From the NCBI GenBank assembly GCA_028712355.1, contig JAQTQH010000004.1:9-64008 (forward strand): DNA of 64,000 bases, read 5' to 3'. Below, piece after piece: positions 1 to 8,643 of the stretch. This DNA is from Dehalococcoidales bacterium (GTDB taxonomy: Bacteria > Chloroflexota > Dehalococcoidia > Dehalococcoidales > RBG-16-60-22). Position numbers and translations under genes: made by a program. The notes below the pieces were generated by a model. It was given only the letters and a program-made list of their open reading frames with translations, was not told the origin of the DNA and did not search any database. Positions within the stretch are counted from its first letter, which is position 1, and every line of letters starts with the position of its first letter.

Positions 1-2777
1 TCATGGACTACTGGCTTAAACTGGGCGTCGACGGCATGCGGGTTGATGCAGTGCCGCATCTTTACGAGCGCGAAGGCACCACCTGTGAGAACCTGCCGGA
101 GAGCCATGACTTCATCAAACAAATGCGTGCCCATGTTGACAAGAAATTCAAAGACCGCATGCTCCTTGCCGAAGCGAACCAGTGGCCTGAGGATGCCGCT
201 GCCTACTTCGGTAAAGGCGATGAATTCCACATGGCGTTCCATTTCCCGCTCATGCCGCGCCTGTTTACGGCAATCCAGATGGAAGACCGTTTTCCCATCA
301 TCGATATTCTCCGGCAAACGCCTGCCATACCGGAAAACAGCCAGTGGGCGCTCTTCCTGCGCAATCACGATGAGCTCACCCTGGAGATGGTCACCGACGA
401 GGAACGCGATTATATGTACCGCATCTACGCCGCGAATCCCGCCGCCCGCCTTAACCTGGGCATCCGCCGCCGCCTCGCGCCGCTGCTGAACAACGACCGC
501 CGTAAGATTGAACTGATGAATATCCTGCTCTTTTCTCTGCCGGGGACGCCAGTCATCTACTACGGTGATGAAATCGGCATGGGGGACAACTTCTACCTGG
601 GCGACCGCAACGGGGTCCGCACGCCCATGCAGTGGAGCCCGGACCGCAATGCGGGTTTCTCCCATGCGAATCCTCAAAGGCTTTTCCTGCCGCCGATTAT
701 TGACCCCGAATACCATTATGAAGCCATCAACGTAGAAACCCAGCAGAGCAATTCAGATTCGCTGCTCTGGTGGATGAAGCGCGTCATTGCCCTGCGCAAG
801 CGTTACTCCGCCTTCGGCAACGGCGATATCGAGTTCCTGCACCCGGATAATCGCAAGGTGCTGGCTTTCCTGCGCCGCTACAAGAAAGATAGGCTCGACG
901 AAAATCTCCTTATCGTAGCTAATTTGTCCCATTTACCCCAGCAAACCCAGATTGACCTTTCCGCCTTTCAGGGCTACCGCCCAGTTGACCTGTTCGGGCG
1001 GGTGGAATTCGCCCCCATTACGGATAACAAATATTACTTTACCCTTAGTCCCCATGCTTACTATTGGTTCTCCCTGGAATCCAAGCCTGCCGAATCCCTG
1101 CGCATCCGCTCGCTCCCTGCCGAAGAGGTACGTGAAGTACCGACCATCGCCGAAACCGAGGATGCCCTTTTCCGGAAAGACAACTGGTTCAATTTGGAAA
1201 AACCATTACTGGAATACCTGCGAGGGCGCCGATGGTTCCGCGGTAAAGCACGCCACCCCTGGAAGGTAGACGTCCGCGACGCAATACCTATGGCACTGGG
1301 GGACGGAATGTCCTATTTTGTCCTGGCTGAGGTCAAATACGCCGAAGGAGAGATGGAAACATATGTCCTGCCGCTGATGGTGGCACCGACCGAACAGACG
1401 GAGCTTTTGCTGAAGCAGTACCCCGGCGCCGCGGTCGCCCACCTGCAGCCGAGATATGGCATCGGCGAGCGGCTGCTTTATGATGCCTTCGTGGATAAGC
1501 GCTTCGGGAAAATCCTGCTTGCCGCAATAGCCCGGCGGCGCCGCTTCGAGGGTACCTTCGGCAACATCACTGCCTCTGCCGCCCGCACCATGCGACATGC
1601 TCCCGGCATGAGCGTCCCGGAGCTCGAGCCGGTTCCCCTCAAAGTAGAACAGACGAACTCTTCAATGGTCTACGGCAACAGCTTTATCCTTAAGCTGTAC
1701 CGCAAGCTGGAAGAGGGACTGGCTCCTGATGTGGAAATCGGGCGGTTTCTTACCGAGAAGACATCTTTCGCTTACAGCGCGCGGGTTGCCGGCACTCTGG
1801 ACTACAATCTGGGCAAGAACCCGCCGATGAGCATCGCGGTACTCCATCATTACGTGCCCAATGAAGGCGATGCCTGGCAATACACCCTGGACTCCCTGGA
1901 GCGCTACTTCAAGATCGTGCTGGCGCATCCCACGGTACAGGTCCCCCCCCTCCCTCCCCAACACCTGCTCGTTTTACCTCGTGACCCTCCTGACCTCGCC
2001 AGGGAAACTATCGGGCTTTATTTGAACTCGATGCAGCTTCTCGGGAAGCGTACCGCCGAAATGCACCTGGCGTTGTCCTCATCAACGAATGTCCCTGACT
2101 TCGCGCCGGAGCCATTTACCTATATGTACCAGAACTCACGCTACCAGGCGATGCGGGCTTACGCTACCAGAACGCTGGCGACGCTCCGGAGAGAAATGGG
2201 CAACCTGCCTGAGGACCTGCGGGCTGATGCGCAGCGCGTACTGGAACAGGAAGCCAGTATCATCGAGCGTTTTCAACTCATACGCAACAAAAAAATTGGT
2301 GCCGCCCGCATCCGCATCCATGGTGATTATCATCTGGGACAGGTGCTCTACACCGGCAAGGATTTTGCCATCATTGATTTCGATGGCGAACCCGCGCGCC
2401 CCTTGAGTGAAAGACGGCTCAAGCGCTCGCCGCTGCTCGATGTCGCCGGAATGATACGCTCTTTCCACTATGCCTCCCATAGCGCACTGCTCCGGCAAGC
2501 GCCGCTGGTCGCTAAACCGGAAACGGAACTTCCCATTTTACGACAGTGGGCACGCTACTGGTACCTCTGGGTCTCCGCGGTTTTCCTGAATGCCTATCTG
2601 GACAGCATTGAGCCGGTTAACCTTCTCCCCGACGACCCGGAGCAGCTCAAGATACACCTGGATGCCTTTATCATGGACAAGGCTATATACGAAATCGGAT
2701 ATGAAATGGACAACCGCCCCGATTGGTTGGGTGTCCCGCTTCAGGGTATCCTGCAAATACTAGAGACCGCCGGATAA
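1..2777 (+). CDS. treS: Trehalose synthase / maltokinase fusion (TreS-Mak/Pep2), 5' end cut by window edge
   Basis: The frame is open from the window edge. The N-terminal part carries GH13/TreS motifs (GVDGMRVDAVPHLYE, FLRNHDELTLE, YYGDEIGMGDN). The C-terminal ~450 aa carries a maltokinase-type kinase motif (IHGDYHLGQVLYTGKDFAIIDFDGEP). Confidence 0.85.
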   Translation, partial: MDYWLKLGVDGMRVDAVPHLYEREGTTCENLPESHDFIKQMRAHVDKKFKDRMLLAEANQWPEDAAAYFGKGDEFHMAFHFPLMPRLFTAIQMEDRFPIIDILRQTPAIPENSQWALFLRNHDELTLEMVTDEERDYMYRIYAANPAARLNLGIRRRLAPLLNNDRRKIELMNILLFSLPGTPVIYYGDEIGMGDNFYLGDRNGVRTPMQWSPDRNAGFSHANPQRLFLPPIIDPEYHYEAINVETQQSNSDSLLWWMKRVIALRKRYSAFGNGDIEFLHPDNRKVLAFLRRYKKDRLDENLLIVANLSHLPQQTQIDLSAFQGYRPVDLFGRVEFAPITDNKYYFTLSPHAYYWFSLESKPAESLRIRSLPAEEVREVPTIAETEDALFRKDNWFNLEKPLLEYLRGRRWFRGKARHPWKVDVRDAIPMALGDGMSYFVLAEVKYAEGEMETYVLPLMVAPTEQTELLLKQYPGAAVAHLQPRYGIGERLLYDAFVDKRFGKILLAAIARRRRFEGTFGNITASAARTMRHAPGMSVPELEPVPLKVEQTNSSMVYGNSFILKLYRKLEEGLAPDVEIGRFLTEKTSFAYSARVAGTLDYNLGKNPPMSIAVLHHYVPNEGDAWQYTLDSLERYFKIVLAHPTVQVPPLPPQHLLVLPRDPPDLARETIGLYLNSMQLLGKRTAEMHLALSSSTNVPDFAPEPFTYMYQNSRYQAMRAYATRTLATLRREMGNLPEDLRADAQRVLEQEASIIERFQLIRNKKIGAARIRIHGDYHLGQVLYTGKDFAIIDFDGEPARPLSERRLKRSPLLDVAGMIRSFHYASHSALLRQAPLVAKPETELPILRQWARYWYLWVSAVFLNAYLDSIEPVNLLPDDPEQLKIHLDAFIMDKAIYEIGYEMDNRPDWLGVPLQGILQILETAG

Positions 2778-2785
2778 GTAAAAAG

Positions 2786-4735
2786 ATGGCACAAAAAGAT
2801 ATCAAGATTCGCCAAAGACACATCCATTCCCCAATACGATATGACATTACCCTGCTCACAGATGATGACCTTCACCTCTTCAATGAAGGCACCCACTACC
2901 GTCTTTACGGCAAACTGGGCGCACACCGGATGACGGTAGATGGCAGTCCGGGGACCTATTTTGCCGTCTGGGCGCCTAATGCCAAACAGGTATCAGTCAT
3001 CGGTGAATTTAACGGCTGGAACCGCCACAGCCATCTTCTGCGTCCCCGTGGACAATCCGGCATCTGGGAGGCTTTCATCCCCCATATCGGCAAAGGCATC
3101 ATGTATAAGTACTATATTGCCTCCCATCATAACGCGTACGCCGTGGAGAAAGCAGACCCGCTCGCGCTCCATTGTGAAACGCCCCCCAGTACCGCTTCCA
3201 TAATCTGGGATCTAGAATACCAGTGGCACGACCGCGACTGGATGGTGCAACGCCACGCCCGTAACGCCCTCAGCGCGCCCGCCTCAGTCTACGAGGTACA
3301 TCCCGGTTCCTGGCGACGCGTCCCGGAGGAAGGTTCCCGCCCGTTGACCTACCACGAGCTGGCGCCGCAACTGGCGGAGTATGTTACGAAAATGGGGTTC
3401 ACCCACGTTGAGTTCCTGCCCATTATGGAACATCCCTTTTACGGCTCCTGGGGCTACCAGATTACCGGCTATTTCGCACCCACCAGCCGCTACGGCACCC
3501 CGCAGGACTTCATGTATCTCATTGATTATCTCCACCAGAATAACATCGGCGTTATCCTGGACTGGGTACCTTCCCACTTTCCCGGTGATGAACACGGGCT
3601 GGGTTATTTTGACGGCACCCGGCTCTACGAGCACGCCGACCCCCGCCAAGGCTACCACCCCGATTGGGGCAGCCTGATTTTCAACTACGGACGCCATGAG
3701 GTGCGCAGTTTCCTCCTCAGCAGCGCCATGTTCTGGCTGGACAAGTATCACATTGACGGATTACGCGTGGACGCCGTTGCTTCCATGCTTTACCTAGACT
3801 ATGCCCGCACCGACAGCGATTGGGTACGCAACAAGTACGGAGGGCGGGAAAACCTGGATGCCGTTGCCTTACTGCGTGACTTCAACCGGGCGGTCTACAA
3901 GGAGTACCCGGATGTGCAGACTATCGCCGAGGAGTCCACGTCCTGGCCGCTGGTCTCACGACCCGTCGATAACGGCGGACTGGGCTTCGGGTTGAAATGG
4001 GACATGGGCTGGATGCATGACACGCTGGAATATATGGCTAAAGACCCCGTCTACCGCAAATACCACCAGAACAACCTGACTTTCCGCTCGGTGTACGCAT
4101 TTTCCGAGAACTTCGTCTTGCCCCTCTCCCACGATGAGGTCGTCCACGGCAAAGCATCGCTGCTCGGCAAGATGCCCGGGGATGACTGGCAAAAGTTCGC
4201 CAACCTGCGGCTGCTCCTCGGCTATATGTACGCCCAGCCCGGCAAGAAGTTGCTCTTCATGGGCGGCGAGTTCGGACAGTGGCGGGAATGGACCCACGAA
4301 GAAAGCCTGGACTGGCACCTGCTCAAATACCCGCCTCATTCCGGCTTGCAGCGCTGGGTGACCGACTTAAACCGTCTCTATCGCCAGGAGCCGGCGCTCC
4401 ATGAGAAGGACTGCGAGCCAGCGGGCTTCGCCTGGGTTGACGGCAGCGATGCCGATAGCAGCGTCATCAGCTTCCTCCGTAAAGGCAATAATGAACAAGA
4501 CACTATACTGGTCGTGGGTAACTTCACGCCGGTGGTCAGAGAGAATTACCGCATCGGCGTGCCGCAGCCGGGTTTCTGGCAGGAACTCCTGAACGGCGAT
4601 GCCGGCGAATACGGCGGCAGCGGCGCGGGCAATATGGGCGGCATTACCGCCGAAGCAAAACCGTGGCAGGGTCAGCCTTCTTCTATCAGTATCAAACTTC
4701 CGCCGCTGTGCATTCTGTTTTTCAAGGTAAAATAG
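2786..4735 (+). CDS. glgB: 1,4-alpha-glucan branching enzyme
   Basis: GH13 branching-enzyme motifs are present (HIDGLRVDAVASMLYLDY, IAEESTSWP, LPLSHDEVVHGK). The start is placed at ATG 2786 (MAQKDIK), just after the treS-mak stop. The ORF-track start at 2723 would overlap treS-mak. Confidence 0.9.
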   Translation: MAQKDIKIRQRHIHSPIRYDITLLTDDDLHLFNEGTHYRLYGKLGAHRMTVDGSPGTYFAVWAPNAKQVSVIGEFNGWNRHSHLLRPRGQSGIWEAFIPHIGKGIMYKYYIASHHNAYAVEKADPLALHCETPPSTASIIWDLEYQWHDRDWMVQRHARNALSAPASVYEVHPGSWRRVPEEGSRPLTYHELAPQLAEYVTKMGFTHVEFLPIMEHPFYGSWGYQITGYFAPTSRYGTPQDFMYLIDYLHQNNIGVILDWVPSHFPGDEHGLGYFDGTRLYEHADPRQGYHPDWGSLIFNYGRHEVRSFLLSSAMFWLDKYHIDGLRVDAVASMLYLDYARTDSDWVRNKYGGRENLDAVALLRDFNRAVYKEYPDVQTIAEESTSWPLVSRPVDNGGLGFGLKWDMGWMHDTLEYMAKDPVYRKYHQNNLTFRSVYAFSENFVLPLSHDEVVHGKASLLGKMPGDDWQKFANLRLLLGYMYAQPGKKLLFMGGEFGQWREWTHEESLDWHLLKYPPHSGLQRWVTDLNRLYRQEPALHEKDCEPAGFAWVDGSDADSSVISFLRKGNNEQDTILVVGNFTPVVRENYRIGVPQPGFWQELLNGDAGEYGGSGAGNMGGITAEAKPWQGQPSSISIKLPPLCILFFKVK

Positions 4736-4746
4736 ACGTCTTACAA

Positions 4747-4821
4747 AAAGATGTCATTCCCGCTTTCGCGGGAATCCAGCAAACGGACGTCTTAGTAGTC
4801 GGCTCAAGCCCGACCATGACA
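4747..4821. repeat. Dispersed intergenic element, copy A (GC hairpin module plus TCAAGCNCGACCATGACA box)
   Basis: The hairpin attcccgc-tttc-gcgggaat lies at 4756-4775. The box ctcaagcccgaccatgaca lies at 4803-4821. The same two modules recur in inverted orientation at 36182-36261. Confidence 0.6.
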
Positions 4822-4947
4822 TCCAAGATGCTGCCGATTTGCTCCCTCATAGTCACTCCGCTTACAATGAAGATAGGGAGCGCGTAAAACCGTGCATCAC
4901 TAACGAAATAATAAGATTCTTCGTTATATTTAGTAGAGGAATGTAAA

Positions 4948-5940
4948 TTGGAAATTTCCCGCCGCGAATTTATCCACCGCATGATGACGCTGGGTTTCAG
5001 CACCGCTGCTGCCACCGCTCTTTTCCCGCTGGCTGCCTGCTCTAAAGAGACCGCGCCCCTTCCCATATCTCCAAATGCTCCGCCGTCTACTACGGCACCA
5101 TCACCAACTCCGACATTGACAACGCCGGCAGTAACTGACGGGCTCGCTGTAGTGCGCGGCAAGAGTCCTTCGGCGATTACCGAAGCCGCCGTCAAGGCGC
5201 TGGGCGGCATCGAGCGCTTTGTGAAGCCCGGCAATACAGTGATTATCAAGCCCAACATATGCGTCGCCTATCATACTTACGAATACGCCGCCACGACCAA
5301 CCCGGAGGTCATCAGCACACTGGTACGGCTTTGCCGCGGCGCCGGCGCTCAAAAGGTCAGCGTGATGGATCAGCCCTTCGGCGGCACTGCGGAGCAGGCT
5401 TATCTGAGAAGCGGCATCCAGGAAGCCGTGCGCGCCGCCGGCGGCGAAATGGTGATTATGAGCCGCGCCGGATTTAAAGAGACAAACATCCCCGAAGGCA
5501 AAGATATTAAAAAATGGATGGTCTATAATGACGCCCTCGAAGCTGATGTCCTGATTAACGTGCCCATCGCCAAACATCACAGCCTGGCACGCCTGACATT
5601 AAGTATGAAAAACCTGATGGGACTGGTGCTCGATAGACCACAGTTTCACTTTAATTTACCGCAGCGAGTCGCCGACCTGGCCAGCCTGCTGCGCCCGGAA
5701 TTGACCGTAATCGATGCCGTGCGCATATTGACGAGAAACGGTCCCACGGGCGGCAGCCTCGATGATGTCAAAATGATGAACACGGTCATCGCCGGTACGG
5801 ACTTTGTGGCGATGGACGCCTACGCGGCGACACTCTTCGGCTTGACCGGCGCCGATATTCCGGTTGTCCGGGCGGCGGCGGGCATGGGACTGGGCATGAT
5901 GGACCTGAGCAAAGTCAAAATAACCGAGATAAGCGTATAG
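4948..5940 (+). CDS. DUF362 domain protein, predicted Tat-exported lipoprotein
   Basis: TTG start. The N-terminus MEISRREFIHRMMTLGFSTAAATALFPLAAC has a twin-arginine motif (SRREFI), a hydrophobic core and a lipobox Cys31. A Pro/Thr/Ser linker follows, then a DUF362-like core (VIIKPNICV...NVPIAKHH...MKNLMG). Confidence 0.8.
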   Translation: MEISRREFIHRMMTLGFSTAAATALFPLAACSKETAPLPISPNAPPSTTAPSPTPTLTTPAVTDGLAVVRGKSPSAITEAAVKALGGIERFVKPGNTVIIKPNICVAYHTYEYAATTNPEVISTLVRLCRGAGAQKVSVMDQPFGGTAEQAYLRSGIQEAVRAAGGEMVIMSRAGFKETNIPEGKDIKKWMVYNDALEADVLINVPIAKHHSLARLTLSMKNLMGLVLDRPQFHFNLPQRVADLASLLRPELTVIDAVRILTRNGPTGGSLDDVKMMNTVIAGTDFVAMDAYAATLFGLTGADIPVVRAAAGMGLGMMDLSKVKITEISV

Positions 5941-5951
5941 GAGGAGTAGAG

Positions 5952-7466
5952 GTGGCTGAGGCATTAATAAACCACAAGGGGGAAAAGTCCTCCGCTAAGT
6001 GGCGGTATTTCCGCCGTACTGTACAGGTGCTGGCATTGCTGATCTTCCTGTACCTGCTGCTGGCGACCCGGCAGAACAGCACCACATGGCTGCCCCATGA
6101 CCTTTTCTTCCGCCTCGACCCGCTGACCGGCATCACCGCTATGCTGGCGAGCCATACCTGGATGGCGCCGCTGGCGCTCGGCATCATTACCCTGCTTCTG
6201 ACGCTGGCGGTCTCCCGTGCATGGTGCGGCTGGCTCTGTCCGCTGGGCACTATCCTGGACTGGACGCCGTCACGCCGACTCCGTAAAGACAAGATAGACA
6301 TCCCGTCTTTCTGGCGGCATGGTAAATACCTGCTCCTCGCTGTCATCGTCTTTACCGCCATGCTGGGCAGCCTGACCCTGATTTTTCTCGACCCCATCAC
6401 GCTGCTTTTCCGCGCCATCGCCAGCTTTATTCTGCCCGGGCTTTCCGCCCTGCTGGCAAATACAGGAATCCCGGATTGGCTGAACAATCTGCTGAGAGGT
6501 GCTGTCATCAACGACCAGCCTTTCTGGGGACCGAACGTAGCGATTGCCCTGTTTTTTGCAGTGGTGCTGGTACTCAATGCCATCCGCGCCCGCTTCTGGT
6601 GCCGCTACCTTTGCCCGCTGGGCGGCTTGCTGGGACTGATTGGTAAAATCACATGGCTCCGCCATTATGTGGATGAACACAAATGCATCTCCTGCCGCCG
6701 CTGTGCCATTGCCTGCCCCACCGCCGCCATCGACCCGGCACAGAAATTCGCCGCCAACATCGCTGAATGCATCACCTGCTTGAAATGTGCCGAGGTCTGT
6801 CCCACCCAGGCAATCTCTTTCCGTAATAACTGGAAGTTGGCACCGCAGCACCACGACCCTTCCCGTCGCCGGTTCCTGGTTACCGCCAGCCTGGCGGCGA
6901 TAGCCGCCGCCGTATTGAAAATCGCGCCGCTTATCGGTGAGAGAATCTCATCATTTATCCGTCCGCCCGGCAGCAGCGAGTCATCACTCCAAACAAAATG
7001 CATCCGTTGCGGAGAGTGCGCCCGCGTCTGTCCCACTGGTGTGATTCAGCCAGCCGCACCATCCGGCGCTAAGGGAAAGCTCTGGACGCCGCAACTGGAG
7101 ACGCGCCTTGCCTACTGTGACTTTTCCTGTAACTCCTGCGGACAGGTCTGTCCCACCGGTGCCATCGCACCGCTTGCTCTTGAAGATAAGAGAAAGACCG
7201 TTATCGGCATCGCTAAGATCGACCGCACCCGCTGCATTCCCTGGAACGAGGGAACACCATGTGGTGTGTGCGAAGAGATGTGTCCGGTGCCTCAAAAAGC
7301 TATCGCCTTTAATGAAGGCGGGGGGCAGGGGCGCGGCGGCGGTCGTAACGGCGTGCAGCGCCCCCATGTGCTTGCGGAACTATGCATCGGCTGCGGTATC
7401 TGCGAAACATATTGCCCCGTTCCCGGCGAGTCCGCCATTCGCGTCCTGCCTGCACCAGAAGCCTAG
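5952..7466 (+). CDS. Membrane polyferredoxin, NapH/MauN-like N-half fused to NapG/MauM-like C-half
   Basis: GTG start 11 nt after the DUF362 stop. The N-half has TM helices, two CxxxCP motifs (WCGWLCPLG, FWCRYLCPLG) and two CxxCxxCxxxCP clusters. It is followed by an internal SRRRFLV motif with a hydrophobic helix, then IRPPG...CIRCGECARVCP and three more cluster motifs. Confidence 0.8.
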   Translation: MAEALINHKGEKSSAKWRYFRRTVQVLALLIFLYLLLATRQNSTTWLPHDLFFRLDPLTGITAMLASHTWMAPLALGIITLLLTLAVSRAWCGWLCPLGTILDWTPSRRLRKDKIDIPSFWRHGKYLLLAVIVFTAMLGSLTLIFLDPITLLFRAIASFILPGLSALLANTGIPDWLNNLLRGAVINDQPFWGPNVAIALFFAVVLVLNAIRARFWCRYLCPLGGLLGLIGKITWLRHYVDEHKCISCRRCAIACPTAAIDPAQKFAANIAECITCLKCAEVCPTQAISFRNNWKLAPQHHDPSRRRFLVTASLAAIAAAVLKIAPLIGERISSFIRPPGSSESSLQTKCIRCGECARVCPTGVIQPAAPSGAKGKLWTPQLETRLAYCDFSCNSCGQVCPTGAIAPLALEDKRKTVIGIAKIDRTRCIPWNEGTPCGVCEEMCPVPQKAIAFNEGGGQGRGGGRNGVQRPHVLAELCIGCGICETYCPVPGESAIRVLPAPEA

Positions 7467-7480
7467 TTTCGGCACTGGCA

Positions 7481-8176
7481 CTAGTGACTGATACCGGGGA
7501 AGCGCCTTAGCAATTCGTCGAATGCTTTGAACCAGCTCAGCTGAAGTTCTTCAGACCAGGCAGGGTCAAAAGAAGGGAATTTTGACAGCAGCGCCTCACT
7601 CCAGCCATTCCGTTGTGGAACTATTACCGTTGGTTGTGGAACTTGTATGTTCCTTAATGATTTAGTTCCAGATTTTTTGGCATTTAATTTAGTTCCGGTT
7701 CCATTATCGCTGGAGCGGAACCGTTTCACAATATGCGGTGACAATGGAACTCCGGCATCGGTAGTGAGTGCCACAAAAAACTTAATACACTTGCGCGCAA
7801 CATCTCCCGTAGGCTGGAAGCGGTCCCTGAATACTTCCTGAAGCTGTGCATAGGTTGCCGTTGCCAGGTCGAACGTGCCTTCACTTAAGAAGTTATAGGC
7901 ATCAACCGTAATAACCCGCAGGAGCGATTGCCTTTCCGTGCCTCGAGCTGCCACCAGTCTCTTCAAGCGTTCCGTAGGAAAATCGTTAGCATCGATAAGC
8001 CCCAGAAAACGCAATGAGGCGATCAAGTGCGTTCCGGTACTGCCGGAAAGGGTTTCTCCCCAGAAACTACGGTCGAAACGGGCTGGAATGCCCTGCTGCA
8101 GCCGGTCAACAAAGTTGCGAAACGTACGGTAAGAAACATACGGGGGGAGATGCCGCCGGCTTTTGTCATCTACCAC
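7481..8176 (-). CDS. Hypothetical protein (recalls the DUF5343 family)
   Basis: 231-aa ORF with a GTG start preceded by aggggga at 6-nt spacing. The region is AT-rich. The N-terminal pattern PPYVSYRTFRNFVDRL...SGSTGTHLIASLRFLGLID resembles DUF5343 from memory only. Confidence 0.6.
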   Translation of the reverse strand: MVDDKSRRHLPPYVSYRTFRNFVDRLQQGIPARFDRSFWGETLSGSTGTHLIASLRFLGLIDANDFPTERLKRLVAARGTERQSLLRVITVDAYNFLSEGTFDLATATYAQLQEVFRDRFQPTGDVARKCIKFFVALTTDAGVPLSPHIVKRFRSSDNGTGTKLNAKKSGTKSLRNIQVPQPTVIVPQRNGWSEALLSKFPSFDPAWSEELQLSWFKAFDELLRRFPGISH

Positions 8177-8401
8177 AATAATTCCCCCTTCAGTTACGTT
8201 TCCTTATTATATAAATACCAGAACCGATTTTCAAGTGGTTGGCACCGGACTTTTTTGTTATCAACAGTTCCAGTATTAAGCATTATTTGTTATGGAATTA
8301 AATGGAACTTGGCGGGACAATTTTTGACCCATGCCTCTGGTACTTAATATCATGGTGGTAACTAGTTCAAAAAGAACGAAGAAGGAGGAAGCACTAATCG
8401 T

Positions 8402-8614
8402 ATGGGAACTGCAATTGAGTACCAAAAACTGATGACGGAGATTGTCTACATCAATCTCCCCGGGCCCGAGGCACCGGCGCCAGGAATGAGCGGCGGCGAG
8501 CTCCTGCATGGTTTTCTCGCTGAACTGCACCGCATTCCGAGCCAGGAACTACGGAACACCCTGGAGATGCTGTGCAACAAGTGGAACATACGCTACCGCG
8601 AGACCAAGGGCTAA
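8402..8614 (+). CDS. Small hypothetical protein (70 aa) upstream of ftsA
   Basis: ATG preceded by gaaggagga. Third codon positions are GC-rich, like neighbouring genes. It competes with an antisense 84-aa ORF that looks non-coding. Confidence 0.45.
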   Translation: MGTAIEYQKLMTEIVYINLPGPEAPAPGMSGGELLHGFLAELHRIPSQELRNTLEMLCNKWNIRYRETKG

Positions 8615-8643
8615 GCGGTACACGGGATGATTAAGGAGGAACT

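Noticed and set aside
2723-2785. Upstream start for glgB at 2723
   Set aside because: It would overlap the treS-mak 3' end by 55 nt and add a non-conserved peptide. ATG 2786 gives the normal GlgB N-terminus.
4735-4794. 9-bp direct repeat gacgtctta (4735-4743 and 4786-4794) as a target-site duplication around the hairpin
   Set aside because: The sequence conserved with copy B extends well past the second repeat, to 4821. The repeat therefore does not bound the element, and copy B lacks an equivalent repeat.
5915-6583. 222-aa ORF on the - strand, plus other antisense ORFs over the polyferredoxin gene
   Set aside because: The sense strand carries repeated CxxCxxCxxxCP and CxxxCP motifs. The antisense product is Ser/Arg-rich noise.
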